From an uncultured bacterium (GTDB lineage Bacteria > Hinthialibacterota > Hinthialibacteria > Hinthialibacterales > Hinthialibacteraceae), in the NCBI GenBank assembly GCA_964449065.1, contig CAYVAZ010000011.1, positions 1 to 35,656 of the forward strand: a stretch of DNA of 35,656 nucleotides, given 5' to 3'. Below the pieces are notes generated by a model. The model worked only from the letters and a program-made list of their open reading frames with translations, had not been told where the DNA came from and did no database searches. Numbering within the stretch: the first letter of the stretch is position 1; every line of letters begins with the position of its first letter. Positions 17,010-26,970 of this stretch are shown here, one piece after another. A program made the translations under genes and the position numbers.

Positions 17010-18097
17010 CGCTGGCGCACTCTCGCCATGCGTTTCACCGCTTTCGCGTCTTCCTCTTCCACTGGTTCTGTTTTAGAACGTTCGGGTTCTTTTGCCGGCG
17101 GCGTTTTTTCTGCTTTGGCAGGGGGGGCGGATTCCGGAGATTCTGAAAGTTCTACTTCCATTTTTTGGATCACTTCTTCGGTTTCTTTCTCTTTCTTTTC
17201 AAAAATCACGCGCTCTTTTTGTACGACATTCAACTCGGTTTCGGTTTTGGTTTGGTTTTCTTCACCGGTCTTCAGCAACTGTTCGTATTTTAGCCGTCCT
17301 TCTCCCGCTTCTTTTGCCAATACGGCTTGGATATTTTGGATGGATTTCCGTTGGTCTTGTAATTCCGATTGCAAGACGCCTTCGCGTTGAGCCGCCAGAT
17401 ATCGTTGGTTGCTTAAGATGGTTTTTTTGTGCCGTTGGGTATCCAACCGGTAATGATGAGACTGGTTTTTGTCGTTGTTCAGCACCTTGGAAACAATCAA
17501 ATACCGTTTTTTTAGATGGACCAACTCTTTAGCCAGCAAGGCCGCTTTCTCTTTTTCCCCTTTTTTTTGTAACGTGAGGAATTGAGCCATTTTTTTCTCA
17601 AACTCATCCAGCACGGGATTTTTTTGGCGGGTTGAGACCATGTTTTGTTCGACTTGCCGCAGTTGATCCAATGTGGTGAGAACCGCCCTTCCGGTTCGCT
17701 GCAAGGCTTGGCTAATACGATTCAGTTCTTCGTCTGGAATCATTTGTCCTTTTTGGTATTGCTGGATCGTGCTGAATGCCATGGACAACAAGATTCGAAT
17801 TTCTTGGGATAAAAATTTCGCGTCCCCACGCAGGGATTCTTGAATTTTCTTTTCGATATCATTTTTGTGTTCTTCATCCATACCAGCCATATATTGTTCG
17901 GCTTGTTCGGCGGTCATCCAAAATACTTTGCCTTTATCGACAAATCGGATAAGTTCATTTGGATTGATTTTGGTATTGTGAAAACACTCTTGAATGGCTT
18001 TTTCCAGAAAGGAATCGATTTTATCTAAAGAGATTGTCTCTGAGGCATTGCCAAAGATGGCGTCAAAAGAAATGGAGGCTTCGGATTGAATATTCAT
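17006..18097 (-). CDS. Hypothetical coiled-coil protein, paralog 3 (most diverged)
   Basis: SFDAIFG, FLEKAIQ, NPNELIRFV..GKVFWMT and HYRLDTQRHKK align with the two upstream genes. Confidence 0.8.
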   Translation of the reverse strand: MNIQSEASISFDAIFGNASETISLDKIDSFLEKAIQECFHNTKINPNELIRFVDKGKVFWMTAEQAEQYMAGMDEEHKNDIEKKIQESLRGDAKFLSQEIRILLSMAFSTIQQYQKGQMIPDEELNRISQALQRTGRAVLTTLDQLRQVEQNMVSTRQKNPVLDEFEKKMAQFLTLQKKGEKEKAALLAKELVHLKKRYLIVSKVLNNDKNQSHHYRLDTQRHKKTILSNQRYLAAQREGVLQSELQDQRKSIQNIQAVLAKEAGEGRLKYEQLLKTGEENQTKTETELNVVQKERVIFEKKEKETEEVIQKMEVELSESPESAPPAKAEKTPPAKEPERSKTEPVEEEDAKAVKRMARVRQR

Positions 18098-18142
18098 GAT
18101 CCTACTATTGATCTATTTGTATAATTATCGTTGTGTATCAAT

Positions 18143-19258
18143 TTACTTTCTTTTATGTACGTGCATTCCGATCCGCTTTTTTTCCGGTTCCACGGTTTTG
18201 GTTTCGGTTTGAATTTTGGGTTGTTGCACGCTTTTCAGCACATTTTGAACATCGTTTTTTAAATCCGGTTCGTTCAGTACATCTTCGGCAATATTGTTGA
18301 TAACCGATTGCACCTGACTTTCCTGTTTGTCAATAATCGCACTTTCGCTTTCCAGCGCGTTCATCTCGGATAGTTTTTCGTTCATCATTTTTTGCGCTTC
18401 ATAGGGGTCAAACTCATGGTCTTTTAATTCCATCTCTTGCAATTTCGACTCCAACGCTTCGCTTTCGGAAGAGGATACGACATCCTTTACGGATTGGATT
18501 TGAGTTTGCAGTTCATCCAGTTCAAATTTGAGTGTATCTTGCCGGGTTTTGCACAGATCGTTTTGCGTGTTGAGAATTCTTTTTTTGGTTTTTTGCAGAT
18601 TTAACCGGTGATAGTAAATGGTTCGGACATCCGGCTCAATCGAGCGGGACAACAACAGGTATTTCTTTTTGCGCATCGAAAGTTCGTGCGCCAGTTGGGA
18701 GGCCCGCTGCATGTTGTTTTTGGATTTTTCGTGGATAAACTCGCCCATCAATTGCTCATATTCTTCCAAAAGAGGAGCACGTTTTCTCTTCTGGGCAAGA
18801 ATGGCTTCACTTTCGGCGGTTTCGTTGACACCGTCGGTTAATTCGCGTTGCCGTCGCTTTAGGCTGGGTTCGATCCGTTCGATTTCTTTGGTTTCGATGG
18901 CTTGATTTTTTTTAAACTGATCCAGCGTATAGCGGGCCAGTGCAATGAGTATTTCAAGTTCTTGCCGGATAAACTTTAGGTCCGCGCGTAAAGCTCGTTC
19001 CACATCTTGGCGCATCTCTTCTTCCGGGGCTTCGGATTGTAAAAAATCTTTTGCTTGTGCCTGCGTCATCCATTGGACTTTACCATAGTGGACTACCCGG
19101 ACGAGTTGATAGGGATTTTGATCCGATTGATTGGAGGCGACTTGAACCGCTTTGTCTAAAAACGCATTAACCCTCTCAAACGAAATTCCTTCCGCATTCG
19201 AACCGAAGATTTCTTCAAACGACACACCCGCCAAGGATTTTAAATCAAATGAAGTCAT
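18143..19258 (-). CDS. Hypothetical coiled-coil protein, paralog 2
   Basis: GVSFEEIFG and LLSRSIEPDVRTIYYHRLNLQKTKKRI are near-identical to paralog 1. Confidence 0.82.
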   Translation of the reverse strand: MTSFDLKSLAGVSFEEIFGSNAEGISFERVNAFLDKAVQVASNQSDQNPYQLVRVVHYGKVQWMTQAQAKDFLQSEAPEEEMRQDVERALRADLKFIRQELEILIALARYTLDQFKKNQAIETKEIERIEPSLKRRQRELTDGVNETAESEAILAQKRKRAPLLEEYEQLMGEFIHEKSKNNMQRASQLAHELSMRKKKYLLLSRSIEPDVRTIYYHRLNLQKTKKRILNTQNDLCKTRQDTLKFELDELQTQIQSVKDVVSSSESEALESKLQEMELKDHEFDPYEAQKMMNEKLSEMNALESESAIIDKQESQVQSVINNIAEDVLNEPDLKNDVQNVLKSVQQPKIQTETKTVEPEKKRIGMHVHKRK

Positions 19259-19387
19259 AAATGGACCAGCAAAAAATGCATGAAATTAATAGAATCGGAA
19301 TAAGCGTAATTTGTGATTCTACACGGACTTACAATAAGATACAAGAGTATAAAGAGCCTTCAAAATGTAAGAAATTCACCGTCCACT

Positions 19388-20524
19388 TTATTGCCGCCTT
19401 TGCTTTCCGATATGCATGCCGGAACCGCTTTTTTTGGGAGTGTTGGGGGGAGAGTTCTTTTTGGTTTCGATAACCGGCTTTGCTGTACTTTGAATGGCAT
19501 GGCTGACATCTTCGGACAGATTGGGTTCGTTTAAAACATCGACCGCAATGTGATTGATAACGGATTGCACTTCGTTGCTTTGCTTTTCCAGCACCGCGCT
19601 TTCTTTTTGGAGCGCGGAAAGTTCATTGTTTTTCTCTTCCAGCTTTTTATGGGCTTCTTGGATCTCGATTCCCTCATCCAGACGGCTTTGATCATTTAAA
19701 TTTTCGACAGCAGACACGATCCCCTCCCCTTCAGCAGAGGTGGTGGACATTTTGATCGTATTGAGTTGAGACTGGATATTAGCCATTTCCATTTGTAGAG
19801 CATCTTGCCGGGATACACAAAGTTCGTTTTGGGTATTGATGATGCGTTTTTTGGTTTTTTGCAAATTTAAGCGGTGGTAATAAATGGTTTTGACATCGGG
19901 TTCTATGGACCGGGATAACAACACATACTTTTTCTTGTTTTCTTGAAGCAGTTTGGCTAATTTGGCGGCCTGCTGCATGTTGCCGTTGGCTTTGGCGGTT
20001 AAAAATTCCGCCATCCAATTTTCGTATTCATCCAAGATGGGAGCGCGTCTGCGTTTTTCGGAGAGCAGCGCTTCACTTTGGGCGGTTTCGCTGACTCCAT
20101 CTTGCAGTTCCCGGTTGCGGCGCTTCAAACTGGGTTCCAGTTTTTGGATTTCGCGTTCATTCAGGATTTCGTTTTTCTTGTAATGCTCAAGAGTGTAGGT
20201 GGCAATGGCCAGAAGGATTTCCAACTCTTGCCGGACCACTTTGAGTTCGCCGCGCAAGGCTTGTTCGATATCCTTCTTCATTTGGTCGGTATCGTTGATT
20301 TTCAAAAACGTGAGGGCTTGTTCTTGCGTCATCCATGTCACGGTACCATGCGATACAACCCGAACCAATTGATTGGGATTCTGTTTGGCTTGTTCGGATG
20401 CCACTTGAACCACTTTATCCAAGAAAGCCTCAACCCGTTGAAATGAAGGCTCTTCAGAATCGCTATTACCAAAGATTTGTTCAAATGAGACACCCGCAAC
20501 CGCTTCAAAATCAAATCCAGTCAT
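19388..20524 (-). CDS. Hypothetical coiled-coil protein, paralog 1
   Basis: GVSFEQIFG and LLSRSIEPDVKTIYYHRLNLQKTKKRI. Confidence 0.82.
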   Translation of the reverse strand: MTGFDFEAVAGVSFEQIFGNSDSEEPSFQRVEAFLDKVVQVASEQAKQNPNQLVRVVSHGTVTWMTQEQALTFLKINDTDQMKKDIEQALRGELKVVRQELEILLAIATYTLEHYKKNEILNEREIQKLEPSLKRRNRELQDGVSETAQSEALLSEKRRRAPILDEYENWMAEFLTAKANGNMQQAAKLAKLLQENKKKYVLLSRSIEPDVKTIYYHRLNLQKTKKRIINTQNELCVSRQDALQMEMANIQSQLNTIKMSTTSAEGEGIVSAVENLNDQSRLDEGIEIQEAHKKLEEKNNELSALQKESAVLEKQSNEVQSVINHIAVDVLNEPNLSEDVSHAIQSTAKPVIETKKNSPPNTPKKSGSGMHIGKQRRQ

Positions 20525-20756
20525 AAACCTATAACCATATCTGCTGATCAGAATTTATTTCAAATCATTCAAACCATATTGAGTACAGAGTGTACAATCG
20601 CCTGAGAAATGATACAAGCAATTTTGTTTTATTTCTTTCTACGGTATATTACAATTATTGTTCTTTTCTTTCCGAATAGAATGACCTACTATATAACATT
20701 TTACAGAGAAGGCAGGTAGATCAAAAGGCCTTATTGGCAACCCACAGGCAACCGAT

Positions 20757-21530
20757 ATGATACGAATCGAATTTTTAACCAAATATTATGGCAAACACAG
20801 GGCGGTCAACGAGTTGAATTTGGATATACCGCGCGGCCAGTTTTTCGGTTTTTTGGGGCAAAACGGCGCGGGAAAAACCACGACCATAAAAATTATCGCC
20901 GGTTTGCTGCGTCCAACTTCGGGCAATGTTTTTGTCAGCAACGGGCAAGGTAAGGAGTTTAATATCCTGCAAGAACCGGAGAAAGCAAAAGCGGTTACGG
21001 GATACATTCCAGACAGCCCGTATTTATATGAAAAACTGACCGGCTATGAATATGTACATTTCGTAGGGGGCTTATACAGTATTCCCACCGCGGAGATAGA
21101 CCGGCATATTGAGGAATACTTTTCGATGTTTGATTTGCTGGATTCCGCCCATAACTTGATTGAGTCGTATTCTCACGGGATGCGGCAAAAGGTGGTGATG
21201 ACCGGTGCCATGGTGCATGACCCCAGTGTTCTGATTGTTGATGAGCCGATGGTGGGGTTGGATCCGCGCAGCAGCCGTTTGGTGAAAGACCTATTAAAGC
21301 AAAAAAGCCAACGTGGAACCACGATATTCCTTTCCACCCATACATTGGATGTTGCGGAAGAACTTTGCGATCAAATCGGCATCATTCATCAAGGCCAATT
21401 AATCGCCAAAGGTTCGATTGAAGAACTGCGAAGACGGATCGAATCGGACGGCTCAGACTTGCGTCTGGAATCCGTATTCCTTAAACTAACAGAAGAGTCA
21501 AACGATCTTCCGGTTCGTCCACTTAACTAA
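20757..21530 (+). CDS. ABC transporter ATP-binding protein (ABC-2 exporter type)
   Basis: Walker A GQNGAGKTT, signature YSHGMRQK, Walker B LIVDEP, H-loop STH. Confidence 0.93.
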   Translation: MIRIEFLTKYYGKHRAVNELNLDIPRGQFFGFLGQNGAGKTTTIKIIAGLLRPTSGNVFVSNGQGKEFNILQEPEKAKAVTGYIPDSPYLYEKLTGYEYVHFVGGLYSIPTAEIDRHIEEYFSMFDLLDSAHNLIESYSHGMRQKVVMTGAMVHDPSVLIVDEPMVGLDPRSSRLVKDLLKQKSQRGTTIFLSTHTLDVAEELCDQIGIIHQGQLIAKGSIEELRRRIESDGSDLRLESVFLKLTEESNDLPVRPLN

Positions 21531-21585
21531 TACGGTATGCCGTACTGAGTGTTCGAGTGCGTTCAACAAAATTGAGAAACCGTTT

Positions 21586-22113
21586 ATGAGTACAAACCAA
21601 ACCAATCTTTCGCCCGTGACTTTTTACACCACCCGTTTTGGAGACATAGAAACGGATGAAGGAAAGATCATTACATTTGCCGAAGGATTGTTAGGGTTTG
21701 CCTCGCTCAAGCGATATCACATCATACAAGATCCGGATCAAGAACCGTTTTTGTGGTTGCAGGCTGTGGATGAATCGGATTTGGCGTTTGTTGTTGTCGA
21801 TCCTTTTTTGTTTTTCCCGGGGTACGAAATTCAGGTGAAACCCCACGAATTGCATTCCATTCAATTAACCGATGTCAGTCATGCCACGGTTTTAACCATT
21901 GTGACCATTCCAAAAGATCCCAATCAGTTGACCGCCAATTTACGAGGCCCCTTGGTGTTTAATATGGAAGCGAGATTGGGAAAGCAGTTGGTGTTGATAG
22001 ATGACCGGTACAATACCCGGCACTATATGCTGAAAGAGATTCCGGATTATTTAGCTTCTCCTCCGGAATTGATAAAGCATAACAGCAATGAGATCAAATC
22101 ATCCGGGAATTGA
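21586..22113 (+). CDS. fliW: Flagellar assembly factor / CsrA antagonist FliW
   Basis: TTRFG, ITFAEGLLGF, WLQ, LAFVVVDPF, TANLRGPLVFN, GKQLVL. Adjacent to csrA. Confidence 0.93.
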   Translation: MSTNQTNLSPVTFYTTRFGDIETDEGKIITFAEGLLGFASLKRYHIIQDPDQEPFLWLQAVDESDLAFVVVDPFLFFPGYEIQVKPHELHSIQLTDVSHATVLTIVTIPKDPNQLTANLRGPLVFNMEARLGKQLVLIDDRYNTRHYMLKEIPDYLASPPELIKHNSNEIKSSGN

Positions 22114-22218
22114 GCGGCGTGAAAAGAATGAAGACGTTTTGGCGGATTCTTGAGAATAGAAGGTACAAAATCCGGTTGGAAGAACCGTTGATCGTGCGGC
22201 ATTTCATGGAGGAAACAT

Positions 22219-22467
22219 ATGTTGGTATTAAGCCGCAAATGTGATGAAAGCATCATTATAGGAGACGACATTGTCATTACGGTTGTGGATATCCGCGGAG
22301 AACAAATCAAAATCGGCGTCACGGCTCCCAAGGATGTCTCCATCCACCGAAAGGAAGTTTATGAAGCGATCCAAAATGAAAACAAAGCCGCCGCGAGAAG
22401 CAATCTGCAAAAATTGAGTGGTGTGGTAAACGTGTTGAAATCCAAACCCACAGCGGAATCGTCTTGA
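22219..22467 (+). CDS. csrA: Carbon storage regulator CsrA
   Basis: MLVLSRK..ESIIIGDDI...KIGVTAPKDVSIHRKEVY. GGAGG RBS. Confidence 0.97.
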   Translation: MLVLSRKCDESIIIGDDIVITVVDIRGEQIKIGVTAPKDVSIHRKEVYEAIQNENKAAARSNLQKLSGVVNVLKSKPTAESS

Positions 22468-22470
22468 TCG

Positions 22471-23595
22471 CTAGCCCCATAACCGCTGCAAGCGATTGAA
22501 GATTCCCTTGCCGGAATCCAATGGTTCGAGTGTCCAAACAAAACAGCCCGGATAGGAATGAAGGCTCTCGAACGTATCCACAGAGGCCGGCACAGTCTGG
22601 TAATGCAACGCGGTTTTATTGGTGGAAATCGGGGTTTGATTTTTCCAGGAAGGGAAACTGGATTTCGGTTGAGCATAGAAGCGGTACTGCATGCGGAATT
22701 CTTCCGGGGTATATTGGTTGTCTTTAATTGCGGTTTGGATGGCTTGATTGTGGTCTTGCACCTTCTTCACGGATGCGTTGAAAACCGGTTTGATTCGATT
22801 GGAATCTTGAATGGATGTAAGTTGACTTGCCGCCTCCAGGATTTGCCGTGTATATTGTTCGGTTAACGACAGCAATTTTTCGCGGATTAACAACAATTCA
22901 TCCGAAGTCATTAGATTCCACTCTTTGGGGACAAAATAGGGATATTCGAGTATGAGGCGAGTCAGTTGTTTTTCGCCGGAACCGGATTGATGCAGGGCTT
23001 CAATGACGGTTGCCAACCGGTCATGCTCGGGATGGTCGGTGCAGCGGGGAAGTTGCTGGTCTTGTTGATATTCAACGGTTGCGCAGGTGACAAAGAGTTG
23101 CACCATTTTCGGCGTTGACATACACCAGGACCCGGACAAATCCGGTTTGGCAAATCCTAAGGCCTGCATCTTTTCCACCGCAGGCTCCAACTCACTCAAG
23201 CGGCTAAAATGAAAGGTCTTGGTGGCGGTTCGTTCCACGCCAAATTTTTGCAGAACGGGAAAGTAATTCTCGTTCTTCTTTTCATACGCTTCCTGCAGTA
23301 CATTGATGAATCGCTGGATTGCTTTATCTTGGTGTTGTACCACCCGATTTTCCGGATACTGCAACGCGGCAATTAGTTGCTTGACTTGTTTATCATCCCG
23401 TGTTGGACGGTCTGAAGAAAGAAGGCGTTCCAAGGATTCTGTATACAAATATTGATGCCGAACGAGTGTATCGTTGGAGAGATAAAAATGCGGAAACAAA
23501 AATAATTTCATGAGTGGTTTTCCTGCTGGTTTCGAGAATTCGGTTGATATGGAAATGACCGATTGTAGCATTGCCGTTTGATTTGTAACCGTCAA
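22471..23595 (-). CDS. Hypothetical protein
   Basis: 374-aa ORF with no recognised motif. The true start may be the ATG of MKLFLFPHFY. Confidence 0.6.
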   Translation of the reverse strand: MTVTNQTAMLQSVISISTEFSKPAGKPLMKLFLFPHFYLSNDTLVRHQYLYTESLERLLSSDRPTRDDKQVKQLIAALQYPENRVVQHQDKAIQRFINVLQEAYEKKNENYFPVLQKFGVERTATKTFHFSRLSELEPAVEKMQALGFAKPDLSGSWCMSTPKMVQLFVTCATVEYQQDQQLPRCTDHPEHDRLATVIEALHQSGSGEKQLTRLILEYPYFVPKEWNLMTSDELLLIREKLLSLTEQYTRQILEAASQLTSIQDSNRIKPVFNASVKKVQDHNQAIQTAIKDNQYTPEEFRMQYRFYAQPKSSFPSWKNQTPISTNKTALHYQTVPASVDTFESLHSYPGCFVWTLEPLDSGKGIFNRLQRLWG

Positions 23596-23600
23596 AGGAC

Positions 23601-24308
23601 TTGTTCATGGAACCTTTTATGCCCACCTTTGTTAATACCGTTGCCGTTATTATTGGTTCTCTCACCGGTCTGGCGTTGCATAATAAACTGGAAGAACGGT
23701 TTCGAATTATTCTTTTTCAAGTATTGGGTTTACTCACAATTTTGATTGGATTACGGGATGCAATGGGGAGTGAAGATATTCCTATTCTTGCATTGAGTTT
23801 GATAGCCGGTGCAATGATGGGAGAGTATATGAAAATGGAAGAGTATTTCTCCCACTTGGGGAAATGGCTTTATCACGCCTTCGCTATAAAAAGCCGCGGA
23901 TTTTCTGAAGGGTTTATCACAGCCAGTATCTTGTTTTGTGTTGGCGGAATGACAATTGTCGGTTCCTTTCAAGCTGGGGTGAACGCGAATGGAGAGCTCT
24001 TGTATACCAAAGCCTTGCTGGATGGACATGCGGCACTCTTTTTAGCGGGCGCAATGGGATACGGTGTATTATTCAGCGCGCTGACCGTTTTCATTGTTCA
24101 AGGAACATTGACTTTGCTATTTATGTTTACGGGTTCTTTTATCAGCCCGGAACTCATCACGGAAGTGACAGCCATGGGTGGACTTCTTATTTTAGGAATT
24201 GGTTTGAATCTGCTTGGAATTGTGAATATCCGTACAGGAAACCTTCTTCCCGCATTGATATTTATTGTTGTATTGAGTTGGGGGAAAACGTATATAATGA
24301 CGATTTGA
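23601..24308 (+). CDS. DUF554 family membrane protein
   Basis: TFVNTVAVIIGS, GFITASILFCVGGMTIVGS, KALLDG, NLLPAL. Start probably the ATG at 23619. Confidence 0.88.
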   Translation: MFMEPFMPTFVNTVAVIIGSLTGLALHNKLEERFRIILFQVLGLLTILIGLRDAMGSEDIPILALSLIAGAMMGEYMKMEEYFSHLGKWLYHAFAIKSRGFSEGFITASILFCVGGMTIVGSFQAGVNANGELLYTKALLDGHAALFLAGAMGYGVLFSALTVFIVQGTLTLLFMFTGSFISPELITEVTAMGGLLILGIGLNLLGIVNIRTGNLLPALIFIVVLSWGKTYIMTI

Positions 24309-24358
24309 TTTAAAGGCGGAATTCTTGAAACGGATTGAACAGAAAACGAATATACGGT

Positions 24359-24386
24359 TTGACTTTAATCTAGGGTAGAATACAAT
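24359..24386 (+). promoter_or_regulatory. Putative sigma70 promoter of tRNA-Trp
   Basis: TTGACT-16 nt-TACAAT, 20 nt upstream of the tRNA. Confidence 0.6.
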
Positions 24387-24406
24387 CGTAGACTGGAACA
24401 AGACAA

Positions 24407-24480
24407 AGGCGTGTGGCTCAATTGGCTAGAGCAGCTGACTCCAAATCAGCAGGTTGGGGGTTCGAGTCCCTCCACGCCTG
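24407..24480 (+). tRNA. tRNA-Trp (anticodon CCA), 3' CCA not encoded
   Basis: Acceptor stem aggcgtg/cacgcct, anticodon arm gctga-ctCCAaa-tcagc, T-arm ggggg-ttcgagt-ccctc. Confidence 0.96.
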
Positions 24481-24503
24481 GTTCATTTTACTGGACTTAC
24501 GGT

Positions 24504-25637
24504 TCATGCGTCTACGCGCATAGACGCATCGTGCAATGATCGTGCAATTTTCCGCCGGGCGCCTCCCTTCACCATCCGCAGCCCCGGTAGCAATACCGAA
24601 TCCTCCGGACCATCCCATTCCCGAATCGACGACTCGATATGTCCAACGACTTTTTCACGGAACAACGGAAGCAGCAGCTTCCCCTGATCACCGCAGTAAT
24701 GACGCTCACCGATGGTCTGCGGGGAATGGCCGACGTAACGCTGCACATAATAGCTATACCACCCTTCTTCGATGGCAGCTGTTTGGATGGTGTTGCGAAG
24801 ATCCTTCGGACAGATTTCCACTTTCGGGTTCCACCTTCGCATCTGACGCACGATGGATTGCGAATAGGAAGTAAACTCAGCGTAGTCCGGAATGACATAA
24901 TCGGAATGGCGGTTGTCCCTGCGCCGCTGCCGCAGCAGCCAATGCACAATACCGGCAACCGGAATCTTGCGGATGCGGAACCGGTTCTTCACTTCTCCTT
25001 CAATGACGATGGTGCCGTTTTCCACATCCACTTTATCCCAGGTCAAGCGGAAGGCTTCCTGCAATTGCAGCCCCGCCAGTCCCTGCAAGGCCACTCCCAC
25101 CGTCAAACGATCACGCACCGGATCGCGGGACAGCCAATCGAGAAAATCCAATATCCGGTTAACCGGCAGATAAGGATTTCCCGATTCCTCATCATAGCGT
25201 CCGGACTGGCAGCTGAATTTTTTCAAACGGATGGACTTGCAAAAATCCACATACTCGCGGGGCCAGTTCGCCGCCATCCACGCCGAGGTGCGGCGGACCG
25301 GCAACAGATACAAGCGCACCGTATCAAACGCATAGTTTTTCTGTTCCAACACTTTTTGATACGCTTGCACATGCTCCAAACGCAGTTCATCCCAATAGTG
25401 CAATTCTTGTTTGTCTACCCAGTCCAAAAAATAATCGCAATACAAGGTATCCTTCAAACGGGTATAGTCCGACCAATTTCGGGACTTGGAGGCACGGTAC
25501 AGGGACTCACTGATGCGGATTCTTGGAGTGGATGATCCGGCTTCGCTCTCTCCATTCTCTTTGTGAGCAGCACTTCCTGGAGAGGACAGGATTTTTAAAA
25601 AGGTGTCGGGGTGGAAGTTGGGAAAAACTATTCCATT
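24504..25637 (-). pseudogene. Tyrosine recombinase/integrase, probably 5'-truncated
   Basis: GLQLQEA..LTWDKVD, VKN, KDLRNT, YVGH, RHY. The frame stays open to about 25637 with no start codon upstream of TTG 25457. Points toward the tRNA 3' end. Confidence 0.75.
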
Positions 25638-26970
25638 TCAAATCCCTGATTGGTAAATTTCAATGTGCGTCCATTTTCAGTGACAATACGCACAATGTTT
25701 TCCGGTGCGCCATTGGGGATATCGGCTTTAATCTCAAGCGTAACATTCACGGATGAGCCTACTAAACCGACAAGATGAGTCATCACCTCTTCGGCAATTT
25801 TTCCTGCATCTCTTCCAACCCGTTCCGGATCAAGAGTAACAGTTCCATGATACCGCTTTGGCTTCGCAGGTTCTGAAGGAGTCGGTTTACCGGAATCAAA
25901 CGGTTTATTGGTTGAATCAGTTGTTGTTGCTTCGGTCGTATCCGTTGGTGTAGGAGTATCTTGCTGCGTCTCTTTGTTTAGTTGATTTAAAGCCACTTCA
26001 GGACGTACCAGTAATCCAGTAAAACTTTTGTCCAATGTTACGTTTTCACAAACACGAAGCCCCCGGTATCTTTCCGTCGCTTCATCAAAACTTTCTGCGT
26101 AGGCAAATGAGTCTTGTTCCCATGTGAGTATATCGAGTCCATCACGCAACGCATCCAAAAGAACACCGGAATGTTTCAACCGGGGTAGGTAAAGATAGCG
26201 GGCAAAATCTTCAACGATTTGCTTGATTTCAACATGATTGCCTCTCCATAATGGAATGCGGTCCACTTCCATTCTTAGCCTTGTGCAAGCAAGTTTCGTT
26301 ATTAGTTGTTCTTCATTGATCAGTTTTTTACTGGCTCGCACCGCTAATGCATCTTGACCGGATAATCGAAAACCTTGCCATTTTATTTTATCCTGCGGTT
26401 TCTCTTGTACTGGAGCCAGCATTCATTGGTAGGCTTCCGGTAAGCGCGCAGTTACAACTCCATCAGCTGCTTTTCTCTGTGTCTCGGCTTGTTTTACTTG
26501 GTGGGGTGATAGGTCTAGTTCTTCTTGTTCATTCAGAATGGATTCCCATGCAAGATAACGTCTTACCGCTTCATCCAAATCCTGTAGTCGCATTTTATCT
26601 ATTGCCAAAAATACCAGCGAATTTCGGTAAAGTCGGGGTGTGTTTCCACGTGATTCAAAAATGGCTTTGGCGGCTTGTTCTGCCGGGTTGCCTTGTTCTT
26701 TGCTATAAGGGCAATCGATCCCCAACACAACCAAACGGGCGTCCAAATCATCCGGAACCTCTGATCCAGAATTGGGTAGTGGATGAATTCGGTTGAAATC
26801 TCCGATCTTTGTCACATCATCACGAATGCGAAGCTCTACCTCTTTTGCAACAGCGTCCGGGTCACGTTTTAACTGCTCTGCCCGGTCTTCCGCCATTTTT
26901 GTGACGGTTGGCTGGGTGGAATACCAGTAATGAGCGGCATCATGATAAAGATAGGTTGCCGCACTTCTTA
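25628..26970 (-). pseudogene. C-terminal remnant of a DUF499-type AAA ATPase, with an in-frame TGA and 5' end lost at the IS
   Basis: AATYLY...YWYSTQPTVTKMAEDRA, PRLYRNSLVFLA, FARYLYLPRL, KRYHGTVTLDPERVGRDA, VTENGRTLKF...FE. The two ORFs are in frame and split by TGA at 26423-26425. Confidence 0.8.

Noticed and set aside
24639..25535. 298-aa plus-strand ORF
   Set aside because: Antisense shadow of the integrase, with no recognisable motifs.
26423..26425. In-frame TGA at a probable Trp position near tRNA-Trp, suggesting recoding
   Set aside because: TGA ends intact genes in this window (fliW, csrA, the 7893 pilin), the tRNA has a normal CCA anticodon, and the gene is already truncated. A nonsense mutation is simpler.
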